The translations under genes and the position numbers were made by a program. Positions 11,801 through 21,141 of a stretch of DNA of 64,000 nucleotides are shown piece by piece. Under the pieces are notes generated by a model. The model ran no database searches. It was not told the DNA's origin and saw only the letters and a program-made list of their open reading frames with translations. Source of the DNA: Candidatus Poribacteria bacterium (GTDB lineage Bacteria; Poribacteria; WGA-4E; UBA9662); NCBI GenBank assembly GCA_046582655.1, contig JAYGDX010000346.1, forward strand, positions 32,001-96,000. Reading direction: 5' to 3'. Numbering within the stretch: position 1 is the first letter of the stretch; the number at the start of each line of letters is the position of its first letter.

Positions 11801-12265
11801 GAGGATCGGCATCGGCGAGGAATTTACACTATGTGGCGACGATCAAACCCCTACCCATCAATGGTGACATTTGACGCTCCTGATCGTCAGGTATGCACAA
11901 TTCGGCGTCCCCGTTCAAATACACCACTGCAGGCGTTGGTAACGCTGAACGATCCGGTTTACGTGGAAGCAGCGCAAAGCCTCGCCCGAAAGTTGCTGAC
12001 GCATGACGGAAGTTTGGAAGATAAGATTAGTACGGGTGTTGCTTGCGTGTTAATTCGTCCGACCAAATCGATCGAGATTCAGCATCTGGTCCAATTGTAT
12101 ATATCAGCACTCAGTCATTATAGATCTAATTTGGAACAGGCACATTTGATTGCTACGAATCCGCTTGGCGATCCTAGTCATGATGCGGATCAAGTGGAAC
12201 TCGCCGCTTGGACGGTGGTCAGCAACGTTCTGTTAAACCTAGACGAAATTTTTATGAAACGGTAG
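8804..12265 (+). CDS. Planctomycete cytochrome c / DUF1549 (PSCyt2) / DUF1553 (PSD1) protein with an inserted F5/8 discoidin-like domain
   Basis: Signal peptide, CFACH and CAQCH heme motifs, WLDLARYADS, HPELMDWLA and NTPLQAL; central LSLAEVQVF..RAIDGNTDG..PWWELDLG discoidin segment. Confidence 0.9.
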   Translation: MKKLRIALCALLTVTNLLYLSGKEVLALTVSVDESESVQFNRHIRPILSENCFACHGPDKAKRKSGLRLDVHSGATRDLGGYAAIVPGDSEASALIYRLTTDQENERMPPVGKEKPLSPQQVELLRRWIDQGAHYAVHWSYVKPDRPSLPAVQNADWVRNPIDYFVLARLEQEGMVPSSEADRWALARRVAIDLTGLPPTVEEAIRFVHDTEKEAYQRYVDLQLEKKTFGERWAQVWLDLARYADSAGYADDPPRTIWAYRDYVIRSLNSNKPFDQFTIEQIAGDLLDNPTEEQLVGTAFHRNTQTNNEGGTNDEEFRNEAVVDRVNTTMAVWMGTTMACAQCHSHKYDPISQEEYFKFSAFFNNTQDSDKKDEHPILEIFTEEQKRERARWIAEIDQLEAVLDTPTKALAKSQRQWEKLLQEQPKWHTMKPMDAMSSRIRLDIKPDDSIVAEGDLPEQDTYTITLEPTIEKITALRLEVSPQSQNFVLSQVQSIWQPDIEKPVEAKYVRIELPGKGKILSLAEVQVFQNDVNVALKGKAVQSSTDYEGVPERAIDGNTDGDYGEAESTTHTRQSKDPWWELDLGEMRPVRSLAIWNRTDGEQGIANRLAGFRLLLLDQNRDTVWQQTPSQVPAPNAVYLSNGQVQLQFTSAFADYAQEGFPSASVLAGVPNPKTGWAVGGQLNQPHQLTLVLLRSVKTGQGKILLRLLQKSQHKHLLIKNFRLLGTGAESVTEFIRMPDAIRKIVGLSDQVRTDAQKKQLAGYYRTIAPELKTQQNRLAVLEHQVKELAPYTTVPIMRELVDEKRRETRIQFRGNFLNTGAHVTEGVPAVFHLLAEGVPVSRLGLAKWLVSRENPLTARVIVNRHWEQLFGFGIISTSEEFGVQGELPTHPELMDWLAVELMDNRWDIKHLIKLIVTSATYRQASKITPEALEHDPDNHLFARGPRFRLSAEMVRDQALFVSGLLSQKMYGPPVKPPQPKLGINAAFGSGIDWEASAGEDRHRRGIYTMWRRSNPYPSMVTFDAPDRQVCTIRRPRSNTPLQALVTLNDPVYVEAAQSLARKLLTHDGSLEDKISTGVACVLIRPTKSIEIQHLVQLYISALSHYRSNLEQAHLIATNPLGDPSHDADQVELAAWTVVSNVLLNLDEIFMKR

Positions 12266-12268
12266 GAC

Positions 12269-13717
12269 ATGATGAACCCAAAACTGCAGCGAATTAAAAA
12301 CACCACCCGACGTCATTTTCTGAAGGATATTGGTATCGGTGCCATTGCCTTGAGTACGTTTTTGAATGATGGTATGCAATCGAAGGCTGCCAGTGTAGTG
12401 AATCCATTGGCGACGAAACCTCCACATTTCACCCCGAAAGCTAAACGAGTAGTGTACCTCCACATGACAGGATCTCCTCCTAATCTTGACATATTTGATT
12501 ATAAGCCTGAGCTGATCAAACGCGATGGTCAGGATTGCCCCGACACTTTTTTAGAAGGCAAACGGTTCGCTTTCACTAGTGGGGTGCCGAAACTACTGGG
12601 TACTCGACGTGAATTTGCGCAATACGGCAAGCACGGTATCTGGCTATCTGATGCCGTGCCCTATTTTCAGCGCATTGCCGACGAGATGTGCGTGATTAAT
12701 TCGATGCATACTGACCAGTTCAACCACGCGCCAGCCGAGTTGCTGGTTTACACTGGATCACCTCGGTCCGGTCGACCTTCAATGGGATCGTGGGTGACAT
12801 ACGGTCTGGGCAGTGAAAATGACAATTTGCCTGGGTTTGTCGTCTTAATCTCCAATGGGGTTCAACCCAATGGCGGTAGGGGTTCCTATGGTAACGGGTT
12901 TCTGTCATCTGTGTATCAAGGTGTTCAATGCCGGTCGAAAGGGGATCCCATTCTGTATACGTCTGACCCTATAGGTATGGATCGACAGATGCGCCGCCAG
13001 AGCCTTGACACTTTGCAGCGTTTAAACGAATTGCAGGCCCATGAAATGGGGCATCCGGAAACGCTGACCCGCATTGCTCAGTATGAACTTGCCTTCCGCA
13101 TGCAAATGTCTGTGCCAGAAGTCATGGACATTAGCCAAGAACCGGAACAAGTCCTTGAATCGTACGGGGCTCAGCCTGGAGAGACTAGCTTGGCCAACAA
13201 CTGTCTGTTAGCTCGCCGATTGATCGAATCCGGTGTGCGGTTCGTCCAGTTGTTCGATTGGGGTTGGGATTTTCATGGAACCAGTGCTAATGAAGACATC
13301 AGAGATGGACTGACCAGAAAGTGTGCTACCATGGACAAGCCGGTGGCTGCATTGATTAATGATTTAAAAGATCGTGGCCTATTGGACGAAACGTTGATCG
13401 TGTGGGGAGGAGAGTTTGGCCGGACACCTTTCCGTGAGGGAAGAACGGCTAAAAGCCAGATTTTGGGGAGGGATCATTTCCCTGACTGCTACACCATGTG
13501 GATGGCTGGTGGTGGTGTAAAAAGAGGGTTCGCCTACGGAACCACCGATGAACTTGGATTTTCGATTGTAGAGAACCCTGTTCATGTTCATGATCTTCAG
13601 GCCACCATTTTGCACCTGTTGGGATTGAATCACCAGCAACTAACCTACCGTTTTCAGGGGCGTGATTACCGCCTGACGGACGTACACGGTCAAGTTGTGC
13701 ACGATATTATTGGGTAA
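12269..13717 (+). CDS. DUF1501 domain protein (Tat signal)
   Basis: TRRHFL twin-arginine signal; LLARRLIESGVRFVQ, WGGEFGRTP, RDH and HVHDLQATILHLLG motifs; 3 nt downstream of the PSD1 gene. Confidence 0.9.
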   Translation: MMNPKLQRIKNTTRRHFLKDIGIGAIALSTFLNDGMQSKAASVVNPLATKPPHFTPKAKRVVYLHMTGSPPNLDIFDYKPELIKRDGQDCPDTFLEGKRFAFTSGVPKLLGTRREFAQYGKHGIWLSDAVPYFQRIADEMCVINSMHTDQFNHAPAELLVYTGSPRSGRPSMGSWVTYGLGSENDNLPGFVVLISNGVQPNGGRGSYGNGFLSSVYQGVQCRSKGDPILYTSDPIGMDRQMRRQSLDTLQRLNELQAHEMGHPETLTRIAQYELAFRMQMSVPEVMDISQEPEQVLESYGAQPGETSLANNCLLARRLIESGVRFVQLFDWGWDFHGTSANEDIRDGLTRKCATMDKPVAALINDLKDRGLLDETLIVWGGEFGRTPFREGRTAKSQILGRDHFPDCYTMWMAGGGVKRGFAYGTTDELGFSIVENPVHVHDLQATILHLLGLNHQQLTYRFQGRDYRLTDVHGQVVHDIIG

Positions 13718-13756
13718 ATAGCAACTTTACCTAATGTTAAGCTGGAATAAAGTAGA

Positions 13757-14930
13757 ATGATCCTGGACAAAAAAACAGCTTGTCTCAGGCCTAACACTAA
13801 CGTTCTATGACTTTACCCACTTTCTTAACCATTCGTTGGGTTTGATCTCAATGGAAAAGGGCCGCCGAATCTTTAACCTATTTTGGCGGAATTCAATGAT
13901 GTACTGGGTACTGGGTTGCGCCTTTTGCTTCCTTAATCCATATCTGTCTTTCTGTTGGTCTGCTCCTATGGCGAAAAACACTTAAACGTTTAAACAAACA
14001 AGTATCACGTTTATGGTATAGATACAAGCTATCAAGCCTACGCTTATATGATTGAGGAACAGCCAGTTTCCTTGTGGTTAATGACTGTTTTCGTGGCAAT
14101 TGTTTGGGATTATATCAATGGGTTTGCTTAAGCTCAAACTATGAAAGATGGAGACCTTATCTTTTTGCCGTTGCCTTGCTAACCCCCACTTCTAACATTC
14201 TTGGCGTCAATTCGGCGGTACATGAAGCCTTTTTAAACTAGTAGGATCCTAATTGGTTCGCCCAAATTATTGAAAGAATGCCTCTAACGTGGGAGGAGTT
14301 GGAATCCAAGGTCGAGGAAGTTGGTAATCTGGCATTGATGGCGTTTCTATCTATTGTGATCCTTGGTTTGATTATATTGAGGATCAGAGAAAAACGTGCC
14401 AACATCGAATTTCGTTAGGAATGACGCTTATGGAAGCCAGCAGATTCGCTGGGATTTCACACGCTTTGATATGCAGCGGGAATGGGCGTTGCCCCACCTG
14501 TCGTACCAAGATCTTGTTGGGAAATGAACAACAAACACTGCCGATGAGACGAAGATCTTATAAAGAGTGAAGGCCACCCAATGTTCGATTAGCCTGCCAA
14601 CTACGTCCAAGTAGTGATCTGTATGTCCATCCAATTTTACCGATTGCGTAACCAGTTGATGGGCGTACGCGGACACGCTACGAAAGCGGTCGAGGAGATT
14701 GAGGTTACGGTATTGTTTGCGGATTTACGTGGTTTCACGTCCATGTCAGACCTGAAACTGCCCTATGATGTTGTTTTTTATTCTAAGTCAATATTTGAAT
14801 TGTTGGTAAAAGTGGGTTATAAGTCGACCTCATCGGTCACAGTAGATTGGCAGCACGGTTAATACGAGGGGTATGACCTTTGGGAACAAACCTTTAGATG
14901 CTAATTAGGTAGAAAATGGAAACTAAAGAG
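13757..14930 (+). pseudogene. Degraded membrane-anchored 2Fe-2S + adenylate/guanylate cyclase gene
   Basis: Collinear fragments in shifting frames: THFLNHSLGLIS (TM), ICSGNGRCPTCRT and PNVRLACQLRP (2Fe-2S), VTVLFADLRGFTSMS..LPYDVVF (cyclase). Many stops and frameshifts. Confidence 0.7.
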
Positions 14931-15071
14931 ATGGTCATGTTCACATGACCTTCAGGTTACCATTCAGTGCCTGCTGGGAGTAGTAGAAATTGTTTCCGTA
15001 AGAACTTTATCCGGGAAGATGAGACTTAATGTATACGGCTAACAATCGATAGACTGCGAACGGGTAAAGAA

Positions 15072-15800
15072 ATGGAATTAATGGGAAAGCAGATCGAAAC
15101 TTTCCAGACAGATGGATTTTTAGTCATTCGCAATCTGTTGCTGATGGATCAGGTGGATGAGATTAATGTGGGTTACCAAAAAGCCATTAGTGGCCAAATT
15201 GATGCGCACGATTGGAAAAAACGGATTAACAGTGTGTCAAGCGCTCAACTAGGAGATCCCTCAGCGGTATTGGGCTGGCGGCAATTCCCTTATTTTCAGC
15301 AAATTTTATCAATCGCGAAGCAGTTAAATGGTGAGGATATTGAAGTTGCGTATGACCAATTGATCTATAAACCTCCGCATAGTCTAATTGAAGTCTTGTG
15401 GCACCAAGACGCGGGTTATGGTCCTTGGCCTGAGGAAGCAGTCAAGCGCGGTCTGACTTGCTGGTTGGCATTGGTTGATGCAACCCCGAAACAGGGAAGC
15501 ATGCAGTTTATTCCAGGAAGTCATCGACAAGGAATCTATCGTCATTATAACGCGCAAGATCGGAATCCGATTGGCGGTGCTTTAGAAGTAAGATTGGATG
15601 ACCAAGAAGCGGTGGCGGTATCCTATCAAGCTGGAGATTGTAGTTTTCACCACGCTTGCACACTACACTATATTGGCCGACTTCGGATATTCAGCAACGC
15701 TGACGGCTCATCAGCGTATCGGTTACCCCGAAAAAACCCGCTTTTAATTTACTGTTTTTTTAGAGGTCAAAATCCGTTCGATCAGGGCGAGGACGATTAA
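15072..15800 (+). CDS. PhyH family dioxygenase; C-terminus appears degenerate and overlaps the opposite gene
   Basis: WHQD, GSMQFIPGSH, FHHACTLH motifs; family similarity is lost after LHYIG. Confidence 0.75.
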   Translation: MELMGKQIETFQTDGFLVIRNLLLMDQVDEINVGYQKAISGQIDAHDWKKRINSVSSAQLGDPSAVLGWRQFPYFQQILSIAKQLNGEDIEVAYDQLIYKPPHSLIEVLWHQDAGYGPWPEEAVKRGLTCWLALVDATPKQGSMQFIPGSHRQGIYRHYNAQDRNPIGGALEVRLDDQEAVAVSYQAGDCSFHHACTLHYIGRLRIFSNADGSSAYRLPRKNPLLIYCFFRGQNPFDQGEDD

Positions 15801-17087
15801 GCCCGCTATGATAGCAACAAACAGTTCTACGTTAAAAAGGGCGATGCCTATAATTGCTCCGAGTATCCCACCTAATACCTCAATTGTTCCAAGGTGTTCT
15901 CCCGTAGCCTCTAGAATCATCTTTTCCAGTTGATTGGTATCCAACGTCCTAACTTTTTCTTTCACCATGGCAGAAATATCCAGTGCATCTAAGATTTTTG
16001 GTGTTGCTGTGCTAAGAGCAACCTTAAATTCTTCGCTAATTGCTAAGCTCTTTAATTCCTGTTCGGCAAAGTTAAGTAGCGAGTTACATATCCTTTCAAG
16101 TTTATCCCAGCTTGAATCCTCTTCAAGAACCGATTCGATCTTCTCTATTAGCCATGGGATGCCTTTTTCCTCGAAAATTTTATTTAGATCAATCAACGCT
16201 TTTTCAAAGTGCTGACTGACCTTGCTTGCCCCTTCTTCTGAATTGATATATTCAGTAATTTTGTTGATTCCGGTTTCCAGTTGCTGATAAACTTCATTCT
16301 GGAATTCCGCTGATAAAACGATTGTATGGAGCTGCATCTCCACTGCGGCTCTATCAAAATCATTTAGCCAGGTAGCAACTCTGATGGTCGCTTTTTGCAA
16401 GATTCTCTGCTGGTCGATATATGCCTGCATTTGTTGGTAAATCTGATTCGAGATGTGAGGAATGTTGTTTTCAATATGGCTCGAAATTGTTCTTGAAATC
16501 TGAACCAAGTTGATATTGTTGTTTTCAATGTTATTTTCGATGATCTTGCTTAGAAAGGGTAAGACTGTTTTAAAATTAATATTCCGCTGGAGGAAGTGCG
16601 AAAAGTTTGTTTCAGAAAATCGTATCAATACGTCGTATATTTTTGCCGAATTTGACCTGAATGCCCTTAGTAACCAGGATTTAATAGCTTGTTGCACACG
16701 GTCTTCCTGTATTTTTTCGGAAAGGTATCTCTTGGCCTGTATTATGAGGCTTTCAACCACTTGGTTTTCTGATATATAATTTGTTAGATCATTCGCCTCA
16801 AAAAAGTTGCTGGCGATCCCTTCCCCTAAACTTTCCGCCAGTATTTCTTTATTCTTTGGAATTACCCCCTGCCTTTTAAAGAACGTTTCTTCTTTTGGCC
16901 TAAAGAGCATTTTTATAGCGATAAAGTTTGTAAAGTATCCCACACAAGCGGAGAGAGAAATCGTATACATAATTTCCAGAGGTCTTTTGTCCGGTAAAAC
17001 AATCGTCTTTAGCACATACAGCAAGACTAAAGCTAATGGAGCGACGAATCTAAAGAAGATCTTGAATGCTTTAGTAAGAGTTTTCAT
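15744..17087 (-). CDS. DUF445 family membrane-anchored protein
   Basis: VGYFTNFIAIKMLFRP..QGVIPKNK N-terminus and LEKMILEATGEHLGTIEVLGGILG C-terminus are typical of DUF445. Confidence 0.85.
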   Translation of the reverse strand: MKTLTKAFKIFFRFVAPLALVLLYVLKTIVLPDKRPLEIMYTISLSACVGYFTNFIAIKMLFRPKEETFFKRQGVIPKNKEILAESLGEGIASNFFEANDLTNYISENQVVESLIIQAKRYLSEKIQEDRVQQAIKSWLLRAFRSNSAKIYDVLIRFSETNFSHFLQRNINFKTVLPFLSKIIENNIENNNINLVQISRTISSHIENNIPHISNQIYQQMQAYIDQQRILQKATIRVATWLNDFDRAAVEMQLHTIVLSAEFQNEVYQQLETGINKITEYINSEEGASKVSQHFEKALIDLNKIFEEKGIPWLIEKIESVLEEDSSWDKLERICNSLLNFAEQELKSLAISEEFKVALSTATPKILDALDISAMVKEKVRTLDTNQLEKMILEATGEHLGTIEVLGGILGAIIGIALFNVELFVAIIAGLIVLALIERILTSKKTVN

Positions 17088-17232
17088 TTCGGACGGTTCA
17101 GACCTTGTTGAGAAAGGCTAGAAAAAAATTTCGGAGTGGTTTCTGGAAAGAAATTAAGAACTTACCAAAAACCCAGTCACCCTAATAGTTAGTATAGCAT
17201 CCAGGGAGTGGTTTCTGTTACCCACAAAGTGG

Positions 17233-17656
17233 ATGATGGTGTTGCCTCTACTCATTATATTAACTCCCACAGAAGATGCTATTCGATTCATCAGATTGGA
17301 ACGTTACCCTCAATTCTTCAATGATATGGAGTCCGACTTCATTATTGAGCCTGACATACCTCCTCTATCTCTATCCGAGGATAATTCTAAGCCACAACTG
17401 GTTGTGCATGATGCCGGTGACTTTGATCGACTTGATGAGCGTTTTCAGATTTCCGCTAGATGTATGGGTGGAACTGCCAGCGTATCATGATTACGGCTTT
17501 GCTGTGTTCAGGCTCAAGGATGGTGAAGTCCCCCTTAAAGTTCATCCCGTGGAGTTTGAGTTTCCACAGCGTCATCTAGGCCAGTTGTGTTTCCCGACTG
17601 TGTACATTCGCGAGCTGAGTTTGACCGTATGCTGTTGCCGGTCCAGAAATGGGTGA
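17233..17656 (+). pseudogene. Remnant of a conserved hypothetical protein (DUF2330-like), split over two frames
   Basis: Fragments EDAIRFIRLERYPQFF..DFDRLDERF and LPAYHDYGFAVFRLK..VHPVEFEFP..FPTV match a family I recognise; frameshifted and truncated. Confidence 0.45.
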
Positions 17657-18043
17657 CCTTGATGACTGGCGACCGTCCTTGAAGTGGTTATGGTAGAGCG
17701 GCAGTATTCATCATGGAAATTAAGGATAATCGATGGGATCTTCCGTGTTGGCGTCAAGACCTCCGGGGAATACGGGAGAATTAAGGATACATCAATCAGT
17801 GCCTGTATTCCTTCAGTGGTAAGTGGATCTGGATTTGGGCGATCCACTTTTTGCTGTCTTCAGCTGATTAATAAGATGTTCCATTTGTTTTGGAGTGAGG
17901 AGGCTCTTGGCTTTAAACATAGCCTTAATCTCCAGAATTCTTATCTCACTTTGAAGTCTGGCCATGTCCTTAATCAATTCCCCGATAGGTTTTAGGTCTG
18001 AGGCTTTCTGGCTGAGAAATTTCTGTCGTAAATCAGTTTTGCC

Positions 18044-18439
18044 TTATAATTCCCAAGTTTCTGGTGTTACCAATTCAAGACTGTTGCCTGATGGATCACG
18101 AAAGTAGATGGATTTTCCTCCGTTGGCCCAAGTAATCTCTCGTTCAATTGGAACATTACATTCCTGTAGATGCGTTCGCCATCTTTCCAGATCTGTTTCG
18201 GTCATGGAAAATGCCACATGACCTTGGCCTGACATGCCGTGTGATGGTACCTCAGAGCTGTCCTTTTGTGTCTCCGAAGCTTTAAAGAGAAGCAGAACTT
18301 GATTACCGCAACGGAAAAATAGGTGTCGTTGATCCAGACGCGAGAATGATTTTAACCCCAATACCCTTTGGTAAAAATCATCTGCCTGATCCAGATCTGT
18401 CACATAGAGGCAAGTTTCAAGAATACGGCTGACTTCCAT
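18044..18439 (-). CDS. VOC/glyoxalase family protein
   Basis: ILETCLYVTDL..FYQRVLGL, GHVAF, SIYFRDPSGNSLEL. Confidence 0.9.
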   Translation of the reverse strand: MEVSRILETCLYVTDLDQADDFYQRVLGLKSFSRLDQRHLFFRCGNQVLLLFKASETQKDSSEVPSHGMSGQGHVAFSMTETDLERWRTHLQECNVPIEREITWANGGKSIYFRDPSGNSLELVTPETWEL

Positions 18440-18484
18440 TTATATCTACTTGGAATTGGTCGAAAGTTTTTCGGCAGTGATCGT

Positions 18485-19891
18485 TTACCACTTTACGCCG
18501 GGAACGGCAGCTGGTGTATCTGTTTCGCTGATTTGACTCAACTGACCTTCCGTTAGAGGGGTGGTCTCCATGACCTCATCCAGATGTGCTTGTAACTCTG
18601 TTGCTACGTTGGGATGATCGTCAATCACATTTGTCAGTTCATCTGGGTCTATCTTGCGGTTGTAGAGTTCTGGCGGACGTCGGTTATCAGCCTCTGCCCA
18701 TGGAGCTTGATAGTTCCAATCTGCCGTTCGGACACTGGCATACCAACCAAACCCGGAAACGATGATGTCGCGTAAGTCGATCGGTTGATGTTTGGTGACC
18801 AGAGGCCAGAAGTTCTGGCCGTTACATCGTTCGGGAACGGTTTGCTCGACTAGGCCAAGTAAAGTTGGCATGATATCTTGATGTTGGACAAATCCGTCAA
18901 CGACTGTCCCGGCATGTTGTGTCTCCGGCATCCGTATAACCAATGGACATCGTGTTACTTGTATTCTTAGTCGGTCTTGTCCTTTGTGGATTTGTCCTTG
19001 TTCTCCCATAATACAGCCGTGATCGGACATGAACACCACTATAGTGCTGTCCAAAAGATGTTGCGATTGCAGTGTGTCAACTACGTGCCCAACCCACCTG
19101 TCAACGTGCGAGCACTCACCAGCATAGTGGGCTTTAATCCGCTTAAACTCATCCTTGGTGTAATTGTCTACTAATCCGCCGGGCCAGATCGGTTCTATTC
19201 CCTGATAATCGGTTGGCGAGTACAATTCTAAAAACTCCTTCGGAGCGTCCCATGGTTCGTGCGGATCAAAACTCTCTACCCAGAGCATCCACGGTTTGTT
19301 GCTACCATATTTCATAATCCAGTTTGCTGCGGACTGCATCACTTGTCCCGCAAAGTGATCCGATTCGTCCTTCCACCAGGATCGGTTATTCAGGTACTGT
19401 GACATCAAGCGGTGTCTTCCCGGATTGACGTCAACTTTTGATCCAATATATTGGGAAACGTTCTGATCTGGCTTTGAAGTTGGGATGAACGGATCTGCTT
19501 CCTGACCACGAATCCATTCCCATGAATGGAACCCGCGATGGAAGTTTTTTCCCGGTTTCATCATGTGGTACAGGTCGCTGACCAGACCGGTAGTGTAGCC
19601 CAGACCCGATAGGTGTTCAGCCAAAGTTACGTCCTCATCGTACATTGGGTGCCAACCAGGAAGTTGGACCATATCCCCTTTTTGCTGGCGATAGCTAAAT
19701 GGAAAGGCTTGTCGTCCGGTATAAAGTACCCGTCGGGCGGGAATTGTCGGCAAGGCTTCGCCGTAAAAATCGTCAAAGCGAATACCTTCCGCAGCTAACT
19801 TATCGATGTGTGGGGTTTGAATCCAACTGTTACCATAACAACCGAGGTAGTCTGCCCGAAAAGTGTCTGCGCATATAACTAGAATATTCAT
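18485..19891 (-). CDS. Sulfatase-like hydrolase (alkaline phosphatase superfamily) with a T-x-P-x-R signature
   Basis: NILVICADTFRAD, TPHID, PTIPARRVLYTGR, DPHEPWD, SDHG. Confidence 0.85.
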   Translation of the reverse strand: MNILVICADTFRADYLGCYGNSWIQTPHIDKLAAEGIRFDDFYGEALPTIPARRVLYTGRQAFPFSYRQQKGDMVQLPGWHPMYDEDVTLAEHLSGLGYTTGLVSDLYHMMKPGKNFHRGFHSWEWIRGQEADPFIPTSKPDQNVSQYIGSKVDVNPGRHRLMSQYLNNRSWWKDESDHFAGQVMQSAANWIMKYGSNKPWMLWVESFDPHEPWDAPKEFLELYSPTDYQGIEPIWPGGLVDNYTKDEFKRIKAHYAGECSHVDRWVGHVVDTLQSQHLLDSTIVVFMSDHGCIMGEQGQIHKGQDRLRIQVTRCPLVIRMPETQHAGTVVDGFVQHQDIMPTLLGLVEQTVPERCNGQNFWPLVTKHQPIDLRDIIVSGFGWYASVRTADWNYQAPWAEADNRRPPELYNRKIDPDELTNVIDDHPNVATELQAHLDEVMETTPLTEGQLSQISETDTPAAVPGVKW

Positions 19892-20309
19892 TATTGTTTA
19901 ACCTTAAAATATTATTTGAATTAGTGTGAAATTCTGAAACGACACCAGTAGAGCTTTATATGGATTCCCTGTTTCCACAGACATTTTTACCGACCGAAAA
20001 TTGGCAACTGCTTTCATTCTTATTTAAACGTGGAATTAGCGAACCGTTTTTTTATGCCCTGTAAATTTCAAAGCGTTGTGTAGATTCGAAAGTAGTATTA
20101 TTAACAAATTGGGGTACAATACCATAGACTTCCACTAATTTCGGTTGCCTCCAACCTAGACTAACTACCTGAAAACGTTCAACACTGATCATTTCTACAG
20201 CCCCGATATCCGTTCGAATACCCTCATTATTCTTACTCTAAGTTTAACCATAATCAATTGTACTGGAGTTTAAAATAAAATGAAATATCTTAGCGTAACA
20301 ATTGATTGT

Positions 20310-20338
20310 TTGAAATTATTTTCACCAAGCTGTATACT
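20310..20338 (+). promoter_or_regulatory. Putative sigma70 promoter
   Basis: TTGAAA-N17-TATACT about 60 nt upstream of the CDS at 20399. Confidence 0.5.
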
Positions 20339-20398
20339 CCTTAGAGAATCGATAGAGACTTGAAATTACTCTAGATCGTTCAAGTCAAGGAGAATAAA

Positions 20399-21124
20399 TT
20401 GAACAATAAAAAGGGGTTGTGGTTTACTTGTGCGTTATTGATTTTGTTTGTTCTCTCCAATGGGTTTGCTCAAGGGACTTATTATCCGGATGAAATTGGA
20501 AACACATGGCGATTTCAAAGTACCAACAAAGTAGATAAAAAGACAATTAAAATCGTCAAACCAGATACTAGTTTTGGTGTTTCAGGTGTAAAAGTTTTAA
20601 TTGATCAAACAAACGATAGTGCAACTCGGTTTTTTATCAAATCAACCCCAAAAGGATTTGTTATACATCGTGCTGTGTTTGATGAGATAGCATTGGTTGG
20701 GAAGGTTATATTCAACTACGATCCCCCTCAGATCTTTATCCCGAATCCGCTTAAACTGGAAGTCCAATGGACGGTCAAAAGTAAAGCAAAGGTTAAAGTT
20801 CTATTTTTAGATATGGTAATTGAAGCAATTTACAATCAAAAAGTTGTTGCCATTGAAGATATAATCGTACCGGCGGGTAAATTTCAGAATTGTCTCAAGA
20901 TTATGCAGCATACAATATTAGAAGTTGTTGATTCCGAAACAGAGGGCACTTTGTGGTTAGCACCCGGAATTGGCCCGGTTAAAATGATTAGTCAATCTGT
21001 TGGTGGTGAGGATGAGCCAAAGGTCTACCATTTGGTTGAGTATGACGTCAAAATTGAAGAGGATAAAATTATAGTAGGTCGAATTGGTAAGATCACAACT
21101 TTGTGGGCTAGAATGAAAAAATAA
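20399..21124 (+). CDS. Secreted protein (DUF3108-like beta-rich) with a Poribacteria-type C-terminal motif
   Basis: SD AAGGAG, TTG start, signal peptide, YYPDEIGNTW..VPAGKF..WLAPGIGPVK, and C-terminal GKITTLWARMKK. Confidence 0.7.
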   Translation: MNNKKGLWFTCALLILFVLSNGFAQGTYYPDEIGNTWRFQSTNKVDKKTIKIVKPDTSFGVSGVKVLIDQTNDSATRFFIKSTPKGFVIHRAVFDEIALVGKVIFNYDPPQIFIPNPLKLEVQWTVKSKAKVKVLFLDMVIEAIYNQKVVAIEDIIVPAGKFQNCLKIMQHTILEVVDSETEGTLWLAPGIGPVKMISQSVGGEDEPKVYHLVEYDVKIEEDKIIVGRIGKITTLWARMKK

Positions 21125-21141
21125 TTTATGGGAAGAGAGAG

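Noticed and set aside
17572..17995. Overlapping short ORFs on both strands
   Set aside because: Possibly another decayed gene, but no family could be assigned.
19920..20260. Possible gene remnant or RNA in the gap upstream of the sulfatase-like gene
   Set aside because: No recognisable motif or convincing structure.
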